DNA from: Tannerellaceae bacterium
GTDB lineage: Bacteria > Bacteroidota > Bacteroidia > Bacteroidales > CAMTPD01
Direction: 5' to 3'
Assembly (NCBI GenBank): GCA_051660585.1
Contig: JBOFPV010000136.1
Location: forward strand, 16,177-80,176
Length of the DNA: 64,000 nt
The notes under the pieces were generated by a model that saw only the letters and a program-made list of their open reading frames with translations, was not told where the DNA came from and did not search any database. Positions 17,571 to 27,455 of this stretch are shown piece by piece. Within the stretch, counting starts at the first letter, position 1, and the number at the start of each line of letters is the position of its first letter. Both the position numbers and the translations under genes were made by a program.

Positions 17571-17939
17571 ATGTACGTATTTATCTCGATTCTGATTTTG
17601 ATCATTGCGTTGTTGCTGATCTTAATTGTATTGGTACAAAATTCGAAAGGTGGAGGTTTAGCTTCTGGCTTCTCTTCTTCAAACCAAATTATGGGTGTTA
17701 GAAAGACTACAGATTTCTTGGAAAAAGCAACATGGACGCTTTCGACACTTCTTATCGGTCTTTGTATTTTGGCAGCAGCATTTGTGCCACGTAGTCACGC
17801 AAGTGTTGAGTCAGAAATGAAACAACAAATTAACTCTACAGCTGCGCCAAGCACTGCTTTGCCTAGCTTTGGTACTTCAGATGGTACACAGCCTGAAGCG
17901 CAACAACCTACAGATAGCGCGACTGATGGTTCTAACTAA
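17571..17939 (+). CDS. secG: Preprotein translocase subunit SecG
   Basis: Two TM helices and the LVQNSKGGGLASGF motif. Confidence 0.85.
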   Translation: MYVFISILILIIALLLILIVLVQNSKGGGLASGFSSSNQIMGVRKTTDFLEKATWTLSTLLIGLCILAAAFVPRSHASVESEMKQQINSTAAPSTALPSFGTSDGTQPEAQQPTDSATDGSN

Positions 17940-17966
17940 GTAAAAAATATTTAGATTTACATAAGT

Positions 17967-18001
17967 AAAAAAGGCATCCTTTTAATGGATGCCTTTTTTT
18001 A
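17967..18001 (+). terminator. Rho-independent terminator after secG
   Basis: aaaaaaggcatcc-ttttaat-ggatgccttttttt. Confidence 0.8.
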
Positions 18002-18060
18002 TTGAAAAATATCAAACAAAGCAATCATGCCTGTTGTTTCTATTTTGTAAAGATGAAGTT

Positions 18061-21000
18061 ATGCGTATTCTTATAAAATATACCTTTAGATTTGTTCTAG
18101 TAATACTGGTGTTGCTGCTAGTATTACCTTTTTGCTTGTATATTCCCTTTGTACAAGATTTTGCAAAAGAAAAAGCTGTGGATTACTTAGAGGTGTCTAC
18201 ACCTTATCACTACAATATTGAAAAAATACGATTGAAGTTTCCACTTCGGTTTTCACTTCAAAAGCTTTTAATTACCGATTCAAAGGCAGATACCGTATTG
18301 TATACAGGGGAGTTGCAAGCTCAAATAGCACTACTTCCTTTGTTGAAAACCTCTGTTGTTGTCAATCAGCTCAAATTAGATGAAGCCTATGTAAACTATA
18401 CGGACTCTGCACAGACTATGCTTCTTAATGGACACTTAGGTGAATTGTATCTTACTGCACACAGTATAAACTGGAGCAAGATGGATGCAGTCATACCGGA
18501 AGTGGTGCTTAAAGATGCTCAGATTAAGTATACAGGTTACAAAGCAGGGACGCAGCCTGATACCTCTGCGACCGTGCTTCCTGCTTGGAATGTGGATATC
18601 AATAAGCTGGGGCTTATTGATGTTACTTTTGAAATGGATTACATTCCATCTAATATAATTGTAAAAGCGAATGTCCCAAAGATTGAATTGACTAAAGGAT
18701 TGATCAATCTTCAAAAGCAAGATATCGCGATTGAGACCGGATATTTAGAAGGATCTGAATGCAATATATTTATGGGCTCCGATTCGGTATCTCAAGCAAC
18801 AGATACAATCAATTCTACGGCAGCTTCACTTCCTTGGACCATCAGGGCTGCTAAGTTAGCACTCACAGACAATCGCTTTACGTATAAAATAGGAGAGGCT
18901 ACCGACTCGGTTGTTGGGTTCAATCCATCGGATATTGTTCTGGATAAGATTTCTTTTCAAGCTGATTCGGTTTTCAATAGCGGGATGCTTGTAAAGGCTA
19001 ATATTAGTAAGGCTTCTTTTGCCGAGAAGTCTGGCTTGGAATTAAAAGAGCTTACAGGTAGGATTAATATTGATTCTGCTCAAATGCAGATTGAAGACTT
19101 GAATCTCAAAACCGGCTATAGCTACTTGAAGGGAAACGCTTTGATTTCATCTTCTTTATTCGATATGAAGCCGAATGCAATAATCGATTATACACTCAAA
19201 GGGGTATTGGGGATGCAAGACTTATTTTTCTTTGCCGGAAACCCACCCAAAGATATTTACAATCGATATCATACGCAGGCAATTACTCTAAATTCGTCTG
19301 CTCGCGGTACATTAGCTCAATTAAACAACATCACGTTGTCGGCTGTGCTGCCCGAATGCTTGGATATAGAAGGAAAAGGATCTTTCTCTAAGCTTTATGA
19401 TACCAAGCAAATAAGCGGAAGTATGAATCTGAATGTCAAAGCAGCAGATCTTACCTTTATCCCTGCACTACTTCCGGATACTTCTATGCGAAACCAGTTT
19501 GCTGTGCCGCGTAATATTGCTTTGAATGGATTGATTAAAGTAAACTCAGGCAGTTGGATGGGTGATTTGGTTTTGCGTTTGCGTAGAGGTAAAGTTGCTT
19601 TACAAGGGATGTTTAATCCAGTTGAAGAAGTGTACAGTTTAAACGCAGCTATTGATACAATCAACCTAAAACGCTTTCTGCCAAAAGACTCTTTAGGTAT
19701 TATTATAGCTAAAGCAGAGATCAAAGGTAAAGGCTTTGATTTACAATTGCCCAATTCGTTTGTCAATGCAAATGTTGACTTAATCGAATTGGTGAATGCT
19801 GGACATAGCTATAAGAATGCAACCTTAAAGGCATTTCTCAAAGATTCTGTATATGGTGTAGATTTAAATGTAGATGATGAATATGTAAACATAGCATCGA
19901 GTAATAAAGGTACGCTGTCGAAAAAACATGTGAGTTTAGAGACTAAGACGGTTATACAACAGTTGAATCTCTTTAAACTTGGGCTTTCAAATAAACCCAT
20001 GGGGATCTTATTTGGTCTCAACGGTCAAGCTCAATATGACTTTAAAGATCATTTTGATGTGAACCTTGATTTTAATAACATCCAGTTTTCCGATGAAAAG
20101 TTTGTACATACGCTAGGTGATGTATCGCTTGCTGCGCATGGAGTACAAGATTCTATTTTTAGTAAACTCTCCTCGGGCGACTTGAAATTGACAACCTCTG
20201 TAGATGAGAATCTTCAAAGCTATCTAAAACGTAGCTCTATCATTTTAGATAAAACCCTAGCGGAGTTGAAAAACTTTCGTCTTAATGCTAAAATGTTAAG
20301 TGAAAGTCTGCCTCATTTTACGTTGATAATGAATGCCGGAAATGATAACGTATTGGCGAAGTATTTGCGTAGTAGTAAGATTAGTTTTAAAGAGGCAAAT
20401 GTATGGCTTGTAAATAATACGAATGAAGGAATTCAGGGCAAAGCCTATGCAACAAATATGCGCAGTGGGCAAAATACAATAGACTCATTGGTATTGAATA
20501 TTAATCAGCGAACCGACAGTCTTACTTATTCTTTCAAGATGCAGAATCTGCCAGGAAGTAGTCGTAAAGCTTATTTAGCAGAAGCACTGGGTTATTGGGA
20601 AAGTAATGCGGCCGATTTGTTGTTGCAGTATAAAGATGCATCAAATGTAAAAGGGCTTGATGTCGGATTGCATGCTCAAGTTGCAGATTCGATGATGTCA
20701 TTTCATTTATATCCTGCAAATCCGATTTTAGCATTTCAGACATGGAGTCTTAATACAGGCAATTTTATTGATATCAACGCTAAAAAACAAGTAAAGGCTG
20801 ATGTTGTGTTCGAATCTGAAGGTCGCAAGGCTTCTTTGACAACTGTAGATTCTGAAGATGGCATTCCTCAAGGAGCGATTAGACTTACGATAACAGGTAT
20901 CGAACTTGATCGTTTAAGTAAATCGTATGCATTTCTACCTTCTATGAGTGGACGTGTAGGACTTGGTGTGCAACTAGAGTCGAATCTAAAACGAATGGCT

Positions 21001-22794
21001 GTAGATGCCGGAATACAGATTGATAGTTTGGTTTATAAAACAAATCCTGTAGGTAGTTTAAAGTCTGATGTTAGCTATTTGGCAGAAACAGAAGGAACTC
21101 CTCGATTCTCTGGATACTTAGATATTGACAGTATTCGTAGTGCTATTTTCTCCGGAAACTTAGCTTCAAATACGGAAAACGAACACTACAGTGTAAAGCT
21201 TGATCGTTTTCCTTTAAAGATCGTGAATCCATTTCTTCCAGATGAAACAGCTACCTTGTCTGGTTTGCTAAATGGTGGATTAAGTGTTGGTGCACAAGAT
21301 AAACGCTATGAGTTTAACGGAGATTTATTTTTCAATGATGCAAAAGTAAATGTGTCGATGATTAATACAACGTTTGCTTTGGATAGCCAAAATATTGCGA
21401 TTGCAAATAGTGTTGTACACTTTAATAAGTTTAGTTTGATTCCGCCCAACAAGAACTTGATGACAATGGATGGTACCATTAATCTAGAGAATCTGGAAAA
21501 TATTCTGACAGATCTTTCGATTAAGGCTACAAACTTTCAGGTTATTGATGTGAGTCAGAAGGCTAGTTCTATGATTTTTGGGAAAGCTTATGTAGACTTG
21601 AATACAACCATAAAAGGATCGCTGGCTGCTTTGAAGATAAGAGGAAACATGACGTTGCTAGGCAATACCGATGTAACATATGTAATGCAAAACTCACCTT
21701 TGCAGGTAAATGACAAAACAGCTCAATTGGTACAGTTTGTATCTTTCCGTGATACCAGTGAAGTGGATGCGATTCCGTTGTTGAAGGCACAAACCGGAGG
21801 GCTTGATTTGCTATTTACGATTGGGATCAATGATGCAGCTCAAGCAGGTATTTATTTATCAGACGACGGTTCAAATCGCATAGAAATACAAGGTGGTGGT
21901 AACTTGGTTTATCAGGCTAGTCCGGAAGGAAGTACTGCTTTTACCGGTCGATATTCGGTGACAGGTGGTACGGTTGTGTACAATCCTCCGATCATCTCGC
22001 AGAAAGTATTTAATATTCAGCAAGGAAGCTATGTGGACTGGACCGGCGATATGCTTGATCCTACCCTTCATATCTCTGCTGTAGACAAGATAAAGACATC
22101 AGTTACAGATGAAAGTACAGGGGCTACGAATCCGGTAACATTCAATGCGATCGTAAACGTGATGAATACATTAGATAACATGCAGATTACGTTCGACTTG
22201 GCAGCTCCGGACAATTCAACTGTTCAAGGGCAATTGTCATCGATGAATGCCGAAGAGCGTTCGAAGCAGGCTATGAATCTTTTACTTTACAACATGTATA
22301 GCGGGCCGGGAATGTCGTCGGCTTCCTCTCAAATGAATGCAACGAGTATTCTTACTTCATTTGTACAAAGTCAGGTGAATGATTGGGCTCGTAATACGCT
22401 TAAAGGGGTGGATATATCTCTTGGCGTTGATACGTATCAAGAAGGTACAGGGGATAACTTATCTCAACGTACCGATTATACGTATTCATTCTCGAAACAA
22501 CTTTTCAACAATCGTTTCAAAGTGAAGATTGGAGGATCGTTCTCTCCGGATGGGCAAGCACAAGAGAAATCAATCGGGCAAAGCTTTATTGATGACGTAA
22601 CCCTCGAGTACATGCTCAATAGGCAAGGATCTGCTTACCTCACACTCTTCCATAATACAAGTTATGAAAGTATATTGGAAGGGCAGATTATATCAACCGG
22701 TATCGGTGTTGTATATCGAAAGAGAATGGAAATGTTGAGAGATTTATTCTACTTTGGCCGTAAAAAAGACAAACAGCAAACAAATGAAAAATAA
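18061..22794 (+). CDS. tamB: Translocation and assembly module protein TamB (DUF490-type)
   Basis: About 1578 aa with an N-terminal TM anchor, a beta-rich body, and an Omp85 gene immediately downstream. ATG at 18061 is chosen because the 17989 start lies inside the secG terminator. Confidence 0.8.
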   Translation: MRILIKYTFRFVLVILVLLLVLPFCLYIPFVQDFAKEKAVDYLEVSTPYHYNIEKIRLKFPLRFSLQKLLITDSKADTVLYTGELQAQIALLPLLKTSVVVNQLKLDEAYVNYTDSAQTMLLNGHLGELYLTAHSINWSKMDAVIPEVVLKDAQIKYTGYKAGTQPDTSATVLPAWNVDINKLGLIDVTFEMDYIPSNIIVKANVPKIELTKGLINLQKQDIAIETGYLEGSECNIFMGSDSVSQATDTINSTAASLPWTIRAAKLALTDNRFTYKIGEATDSVVGFNPSDIVLDKISFQADSVFNSGMLVKANISKASFAEKSGLELKELTGRINIDSAQMQIEDLNLKTGYSYLKGNALISSSLFDMKPNAIIDYTLKGVLGMQDLFFFAGNPPKDIYNRYHTQAITLNSSARGTLAQLNNITLSAVLPECLDIEGKGSFSKLYDTKQISGSMNLNVKAADLTFIPALLPDTSMRNQFAVPRNIALNGLIKVNSGSWMGDLVLRLRRGKVALQGMFNPVEEVYSLNAAIDTINLKRFLPKDSLGIIIAKAEIKGKGFDLQLPNSFVNANVDLIELVNAGHSYKNATLKAFLKDSVYGVDLNVDDEYVNIASSNKGTLSKKHVSLETKTVIQQLNLFKLGLSNKPMGILFGLNGQAQYDFKDHFDVNLDFNNIQFSDEKFVHTLGDVSLAAHGVQDSIFSKLSSGDLKLTTSVDENLQSYLKRSSIILDKTLAELKNFRLNAKMLSESLPHFTLIMNAGNDNVLAKYLRSSKISFKEANVWLVNNTNEGIQGKAYATNMRSGQNTIDSLVLNINQRTDSLTYSFKMQNLPGSSRKAYLAEALGYWESNAADLLLQYKDASNVKGLDVGLHAQVADSMMSFHLYPANPILAFQTWSLNTGNFIDINAKKQVKADVVFESEGRKASLTTVDSEDGIPQGAIRLTITGIELDRLSKSYAFLPSMSGRVGLGVQLESNLKRMAVDAGIQIDSLVYKTNPVGSLKSDVSYLAETEGTPRFSGYLDIDSIRSAIFSGNLASNTENEHYSVKLDRFPLKIVNPFLPDETATLSGLLNGGLSVGAQDKRYEFNGDLFFNDAKVNVSMINTTFALDSQNIAIANSVVHFNKFSLIPPNKNLMTMDGTINLENLENILTDLSIKATNFQVIDVSQKASSMIFGKAYVDLNTTIKGSLAALKIRGNMTLLGNTDVTYVMQNSPLQVNDKTAQLVQFVSFRDTSEVDAIPLLKAQTGGLDLLFTIGINDAAQAGIYLSDDGSNRIEIQGGGNLVYQASPEGSTAFTGRYSVTGGTVVYNPPIISQKVFNIQQGSYVDWTGDMLDPTLHISAVDKIKTSVTDESTGATNPVTFNAIVNVMNTLDNMQITFDLAAPDNSTVQGQLSSMNAEERSKQAMNLLLYNMYSGPGMSSASSQMNATSILTSFVQSQVNDWARNTLKGVDISLGVDTYQEGTGDNLSQRTDYTYSFSKQLFNNRFKVKIGGSFSPDGQAQEKSIGQSFIDDVTLEYMLNRQGSAYLTLFHNTSYESILEGQIISTGIGVVYRKRMEMLRDLFYFGRKKDKQQTNEK

Positions 22795-25102
22795 GCTATA
22801 TCTATATATAATCTTATTACAGGGACTTCTTGTTTCCTGCTCTACGACGCGTAATATCCCGAATGACGATCAGCTTTATACCGGGATAAAGAAAATTGTG
22901 GTTGAGAAAGACTCTGGGGTTGTATTGCCTCCGGCTCTCAATAGTAATTTGACTACACCTTTGGCATACGCTCCCAACAATGCGCTATTTGGAAGCAGCT
23001 CGATTCGCATTCCTTTTCCGGTGGGATTGTGGATATATAATGCATTCGAAACACCACCTACAAAGGGATTAAAGAAATGGTTCTATAATACATTCAGCAG
23101 TAAGCCTGTCTTGATCTCAAACGTACAGCCCGATCTACGCGTGAAGGTGGTAGAGAGTATGTTGCGTGACTTCGGATATTTCAAGGCTTCTACTAGTATG
23201 AAATTAGTTGACGGGAAGAATCCTAAAACGGCCAAGATTGAATACTTTATTCACATTCCTAAGCCTTATCTGTTCGATTCGATACAGTATGTACTAAAGG
23301 ATACGAGAGCAGACTCCATTATTCGAAACATCGAACCGCAATCGTTGTTGCGTATGGATGAGCAATATAGTGTGCAGACTCTCGAAAACGAGCAAACACG
23401 TGTGGCGAAAGTATTGCGTAACGACGGATATTTCTATTACCGTCCCGAATATTTATTGTACTTGGCCGATACCACACAGGTGAAAGACCGCGTGATGTTG
23501 CGCGTGGTACGAGACCCCATCCTTCCGCCATCGGTGCTCAAGCCTTATACTGTTGATACCATTTCGGTGCAAGTTGATGTGGAAGACAATGGCGAGCCAA
23601 TAGATACCGTACACTACAAAGGACTGGATATTTACTATCAAGGAAAGTTGAAGGTGAGGCCTTCGGTGTTGCGTCGTAATATAGCATTGCATAGAGGGGA
23701 TTTGTATTCGCAGGCTGAGCAAACTCGTACACTTCAGAACTTGAATAGACTTAATATCTTCAAGTACGTGAATTTGCAATTTGCTCCGGTCGATTCATCG
23801 GCCTACAACCCTCGACTCAATATGTTGGTAAATAGTGAGCTCGAAATGCCTTGGCAAGCTGAAATCGAAATGAACGTAGCGGCAAAGTCGAACGACCAGA
23901 TTGGTCCCGGACTTTTGTTTACGGTTTCAAACAACAATACATTTGGTGGAGGTGAGAAGCTGGCTATGCAGTTAAAGGCTTCTTACGAGTGGCAAACGAA
24001 AGCCGTACGCGATGCAACGGGAAGTAAGTCTTTGCTCAATTCTTATGAGTTTGGACTGACCACCTCGCTCACGATTCCGCGCATTTTATTGCCTCACTTT
24101 ATCAAAAGCGACGGAAAGTTTCCTCGCTCTACTAAAATGAGTATCAATGCCAATTTGCTTTCTCGTGCAGGTTTCTTTCAGATGCTTTCGTTGGGTGGTG
24201 GTTTGAGTTATGACTTTCAAACGTCTCCCTCATGGTATCACTCCCTACGTGCATTCAAGCTTGATTATACATCGGTGCTTCACTCTACCGCCAAGTTTGA
24301 CTCTACGATGGCTGGCAATCCCGCAATCGAGTTGAGTTTTCGAAATCAGTTTATTCCATCAATGGGGTATACCGTAACGTACGAACCTCCTGCAACTGAT
24401 ACGAAGAAGAATCGTTTCTTTTGGCAAGGTAGCTTTGTAGAAGCGGGTAATATTCTTTCCGGCATATACGGAATTACAGGAAGTCATAAAAATGATACAA
24501 TAAAGACTCTATTTGGTAGTCAATTCTCCCAGTTCGTGAAGTTTACGTCTGATTTTAGATGGTATCATCAGTTGTCTAAAAAGACATTGCTCGCATTTCG
24601 CTTATATGGAGGTATAGGCATTCCATATGGAAACTCAACGGTAATGCCTTATAGTGAGCAGTTTTACATCGGCGGAGCCAATAGTATCCGCGCCTTTACA
24701 ATTCGTTCGCTAGGCCCGGGTAGTTACCGTCCGCCAAAAGGTTTACAGTATTCATATATTGACCAAACGGGGAATATTAAGCTTGAATTTAATGCCGAAT
24801 ATCGCTTCCCGATAATCGAAGAATTGCACGGTGCCGTATTTTTGGATGCCGGTAATATTTGGTTGCTTCACGACGACCCAAAAAGACCGGGGGGAACACT
24901 GCGGGCAAAAACATTCTTGAAGGATATTGCCGTGGGTACCGGAGTAGGTTTACGATACGATCTTACGTTTCTCGTGATTCGTGGCGACTTGGGGATTGCG
25001 CTTCATACACCTTATCCGAATCCCGACAAATCGGGCTATTACAACATTGAGAACTTTAAAGACGGACTTTGCTTCCACTTAGCGATAGGATATCCGTTTT
25101 AA
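22784..25102 (+). CDS. tamA: Omp85/BamA-family outer-membrane protein (TamA-like)
   Basis: Start overlaps the tamB stop by 11 nt. Lipobox LLVSCS, barrel region with GGANSIRAF and RGDLG motifs, and C-terminal ...AIGYPF. Confidence 0.8.
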   Translation: MKNKLYLYIILLQGLLVSCSTTRNIPNDDQLYTGIKKIVVEKDSGVVLPPALNSNLTTPLAYAPNNALFGSSSIRIPFPVGLWIYNAFETPPTKGLKKWFYNTFSSKPVLISNVQPDLRVKVVESMLRDFGYFKASTSMKLVDGKNPKTAKIEYFIHIPKPYLFDSIQYVLKDTRADSIIRNIEPQSLLRMDEQYSVQTLENEQTRVAKVLRNDGYFYYRPEYLLYLADTTQVKDRVMLRVVRDPILPPSVLKPYTVDTISVQVDVEDNGEPIDTVHYKGLDIYYQGKLKVRPSVLRRNIALHRGDLYSQAEQTRTLQNLNRLNIFKYVNLQFAPVDSSAYNPRLNMLVNSELEMPWQAEIEMNVAAKSNDQIGPGLLFTVSNNNTFGGGEKLAMQLKASYEWQTKAVRDATGSKSLLNSYEFGLTTSLTIPRILLPHFIKSDGKFPRSTKMSINANLLSRAGFFQMLSLGGGLSYDFQTSPSWYHSLRAFKLDYTSVLHSTAKFDSTMAGNPAIELSFRNQFIPSMGYTVTYEPPATDTKKNRFFWQGSFVEAGNILSGIYGITGSHKNDTIKTLFGSQFSQFVKFTSDFRWYHQLSKKTLLAFRLYGGIGIPYGNSTVMPYSEQFYIGGANSIRAFTIRSLGPGSYRPPKGLQYSYIDQTGNIKLEFNAEYRFPIIEELHGAVFLDAGNIWLLHDDPKRPGGTLRAKTFLKDIAVGTGVGLRYDLTFLVIRGDLGIALHTPYPNPDKSGYYNIENFKDGLCFHLAIGYPF

Positions 25103-25112
25103 GATAAACCAA

Positions 25113-25146
25113 ACCGGTCGAAGGTTAAACTTCGGCCGGTTTTTTG
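25113..25146 (+). terminator. Rho-independent terminator after tamA
   Basis: accggtcgaag-gttaaa-cttcggccggt followed by tttttg. Confidence 0.8.
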
Positions 25147-25274
25147 TTAATGATAAACTATTGTCTCTGCTCTGCTGTTTATTTCTTATACAATCTAGAA
25201 TTTGGGTCAATTGGCCGTTGTGCTGCGAAGCATTGCGATGCGAATTGATAAGGAAACGATTTAATTAATACATT

Positions 25275-25931
25275 ATGAAAAAGTATTTGTCAGAGCTTAT
25301 TGGTACAATGGTTTTGGTACTAATGGGTACGGGTACCGCTGTTATTGCAGGTGCTCATGTTGGGAATGTAGGAATAGCCTTGGCATTTGGGCTGTCTGTG
25401 TTGGGGATGGTCTACGTGATTGGCCCTATTTCGGGAGGACATATGAATCCGGCGATAACGTTTGGTATGTGGATGAGTAAGCGTATGTCGTCGAAAGATG
25501 CATTTATGTACATCGTATTCCAAGTAATTGGCGCGCTTCTTGCAACCAGTATACTTGCAGTTATTACCGGGCAAACAGAAACCTTGGGGCAGAACCAATC
25601 GACCAGTTATCCGCTTGTAAGCGTTTTTATCGCCGAAGTGGTAGCAACCTTTATCTTTGTTACCGTAGTCTTGGGGTCGACCTCTAAAATAGCTCCTGCG
25701 GGCTTTGCAGGTATTGCCATTGGGCTTACCTTAACGCTCGATCACTTGATGTTGATTCCGATCGACGGAACTTCGGTAAATCCGGCACGCAGTATAGCTC
25801 CCGCTTTATTTACAGGCGGACTTGCTTTGCATCAATTGTGGATATTTATTGTAGCGCCGCTGGTAGGAGGTGCGATTGCAGCGTTTGTATGGAAGGCTAT
25901 CTCACCGGAGAAGGTTGAGCATGTTGAATAG
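25275..25931 (+). CDS. aqpZ: Aquaporin (MIP family)
   Basis: Two NPA motifs (GGHMNPAITFG, SVNPARSIAP), 218 aa, six TM segments. Confidence 0.9.
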   Translation: MKKYLSELIGTMVLVLMGTGTAVIAGAHVGNVGIALAFGLSVLGMVYVIGPISGGHMNPAITFGMWMSKRMSSKDAFMYIVFQVIGALLATSILAVITGQTETLGQNQSTSYPLVSVFIAEVVATFIFVTVVLGSTSKIAPAGFAGIAIGLTLTLDHLMLIPIDGTSVNPARSIAPALFTGGLALHQLWIFIVAPLVGGAIAAFVWKAISPEKVEHVE

Positions 25932-25953
25932 GAAAACGAAATGATATAAAAAC

Positions 25954-25986
25954 AAAAAAGGATCTCAATATTGAGATCCTTTTTTG
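25954..25986. terminator. Bidirectional terminator (aqpZ on +, tRNA cluster on -)
   Basis: aaaaaaggatctcaa-ta-ttgagatcctttttt, with an A-run on one side and a T-run on the other. Confidence 0.8.
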
Positions 25987-26068
25987 TGGGCAGTGAAGGA
26001 TTCGAACCTCCGAAGGTGTTACCAGCTGAGTTACAGTCAGCCCCATTTGGCCACTCTGGAAACTGCCC
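25987..26068 (-). tRNA. tRNA-Tyr (GTA), long variable arm, copy 1
   Basis: The reverse complement folds as GGGCAGT...GCTGA-CTGTAAC-TCAGC...GGAGG-TTCGAAT-CCTTC-ACTGCCC-A. CCA is not encoded. Confidence 0.9.
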
Positions 26069-26080
26069 AGAAAAAATAAG

Positions 26081-26151
26081 AGGTTCCTGGCGGATTCGAA
26101 CCGCCGTAAACGGTTTTGCAGACCGGTGCCTAGCCACTCGGCCAAGGAACC
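26081..26151 (-). tRNA. tRNA-Cys (GCA)
   Basis: Acceptor GGTTCCT/AGGAACC, anticodon loop CTGCAAA, T-arm GGCGG-TTCGAAT-CCGCC, discriminator U. Confidence 0.85.
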
Positions 26152-26197
26152 CTTTTGCTTGCTTTCGTTTGATAGTCATTATCTCTCGATTGCGTTG

Positions 26198-26205
26198 CAA
26201 AGGTA
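26198..26205 (-). promoter_or_regulatory. Candidate -7 box (TAnnTTTG) for the tRNA-Cys/Tyr unit
   Basis: The minus strand reads tacctttg about 47 nt upstream of the tRNA-Cys 5' end. A TTTG lies about 20 nt further upstream. Confidence 0.35.
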
Positions 26206-26630
26206 GCACCTTTATTCGTATTTGCAAACCTTTGCACTGCTTTTTTTCATTATTTCTTAAAGTTTTTCCAAACAATACTGTATTTCAGGAGATTATAAAC
26301 ATGTATTTTTTTGCTCTAATATGATGTTTTAGGTGTGTGAGTCCTATGCTTTGGCTTTAGGAAGGTAAGATGTAGTTGTATTTATTGTGGAGATTAAGCT
26401 TAGACAGGTACGTGCACACAACTTAGACAGGTATATGACAAGAATGCGTCACGACCGTGCAACCATCTTTGTCACGTACGTGTCTAAGTCTAGTTGTCGT
26501 ATCGAAGAGGATTAAGCTTGCCAAAGAATCTGTTGAGTGATCGTTGAGTTAGCCCTAATCAATGGGAGGGATGAACCGTAGTGTTGTTTAAGTAGAAAAT
26601 AAAGATTCGTGGAGGTTGAGTATAGGATAC

Positions 26631-26662
26631 AAAAAAAGCCTCTTCGAAAGAAGAGGCTTTTG
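26631..26662 (-). terminator. Terminator downstream of tRNA-Gly
   Basis: agcctcttc-gaaa-gaagaggct, with a T-run on the minus strand (aaaaaaa on plus). Confidence 0.75.
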
Positions 26663-26664
26663 TG

Positions 26665-26737
26665 AGCGGGAAACGGGGCTCAAACCCGCGACCCTCAGCT
26701 TGGAAGGCTGATGCTCTATCAACTGAGCTATTCCCGC
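26665..26737 (-). tRNA. tRNA-Gly (TCC) with A19 and U56
   Basis: GCGGGAA-TA-GCTC-AGTTGATA-GAGC-A-TCAGC-CTTCCAA-GCTGA-GGGTC-GCGGG-TTTGAGC-CCCGT-TTCCCGC-T. Confidence 0.85.
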
Positions 26738-26748
26738 AAGAAGCAAAG

Positions 26749-26830
26749 TGGGCAGTGAAGGATTCGAACCTCCGAAGGTGTTACCAGCTGAGTTACAGTC
26801 AGCCCCATTTGGCCACTCTGGAAACTGCCC
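26749..26830 (-). tRNA. tRNA-Tyr (GTA), copy 2, identical to copy 1
   Basis: All 82 nt are identical to 25987-26068. Confidence 0.9.
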
Positions 26831-26872
26831 CTTTATTTGCAGCGTCTTAACCGTTGTTTCATTAAGACACTG

Positions 26873-26880
26873 CAAAGATA
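26873..26880 (-). promoter_or_regulatory. Candidate -7 box (TAnnTTTG) for the tRNA-Tyr/Gly unit
   Basis: The minus strand reads tatctttg about 45 nt upstream of the tRNA-Tyr 5' end. It overlaps a 15-bp imperfect hairpin (26836-26876) just after the ribH stop. Confidence 0.35.
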
Positions 26881-26889
26881 AGCATAAAA

Positions 26890-27378
26890 TTATAACTTGC
26901 AAACAAAATCGCACATTTTTATTGCAGAAATTGCACATTCATCGCCTTTGTTGCCATGAATACCCCCTGCACGATCCTCTGCTTGTTGCATATTGTCAGT
27001 AGTTAATAGTCCGAAAATGAACGGAATATCATACATTAAGTTAAGTTCGGTGATGCCTTGAGTAACGCTGTCACAAACATAATCAAAATGTGGAGTATCG
27101 CCTCTAACAACGCATCCCAATACGATAACTGCATCGATTTCTTTATGGTCTGCTAGTTGTTTTGCGGCAAAAGTTAGCTCAAAACTTCCAGGTACACGTG
27201 TTACCACAATGTTTCCTGCTTTAACGCCGTGACGTTCCAATGTGTTGCAAGCACCTTCCAGAAGAGTTTCTGTAATGTTTTTGTTCCATTCGGCCACTAC
27301 AATACCAAAGCTCATTTCTGAAGCATCCGGTACACTGTCAAAATCATAACTAGATAGGTTTTGATAAGCTGTTGCCAT
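26890..27378 (-). CDS. ribH: 6,7-dimethyl-8-ribityllumazine synthase
   Basis: 162 aa with [18 protein letters not shown] and [14 protein letters not shown] motifs. Confidence 0.9.
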   Translation of the reverse strand: MATAYQNLSSYDFDSVPDASEMSFGIVVAEWNKNITETLLEGACNTLERHGVKAGNIVVTRVPGSFELTFAAKQLADHKEIDAVIVLGCVVRGDTPHFDYVCDSVTQGITELNLMYDIPFIFGLLTTDNMQQAEDRAGGIHGNKGDECAISAIKMCDFVCKL

Positions 27379-27455
27379 AATATTGATTTGTTTTTTAATA
27401 GAGAAAGGAACGCCTCTTGCGAGACATCCCTTTCATTTATTATAATTGAATAATT

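Noticed and set aside
17989-18060. Upstream start for tamB (MPFFIEKYQ...)
   Set aside because: The extension begins inside the secG terminator hairpin and T-run. ATG at 18061 gives a normal N-terminal membrane anchor.
26390-26519. MITE with a 10-bp target-site duplication (gattaagctt) in the tRNA spacer
   Set aside because: The right inverted-repeat arm is 21 nt away from the right direct repeat, so the ends do not form a clean TIR+TSD structure. It is kept only as a descriptive note.
25832-27002. ORFs 25832-26275(-), 25897-26145(-), 25971-26324(+), 26588-26938(-), 26662-26850(+), 26748-27002(+)
   Set aside because: All of them run through tRNA genes and terminators. Their near-identical peptide segments simply reflect the duplicated tRNA-Tyr.
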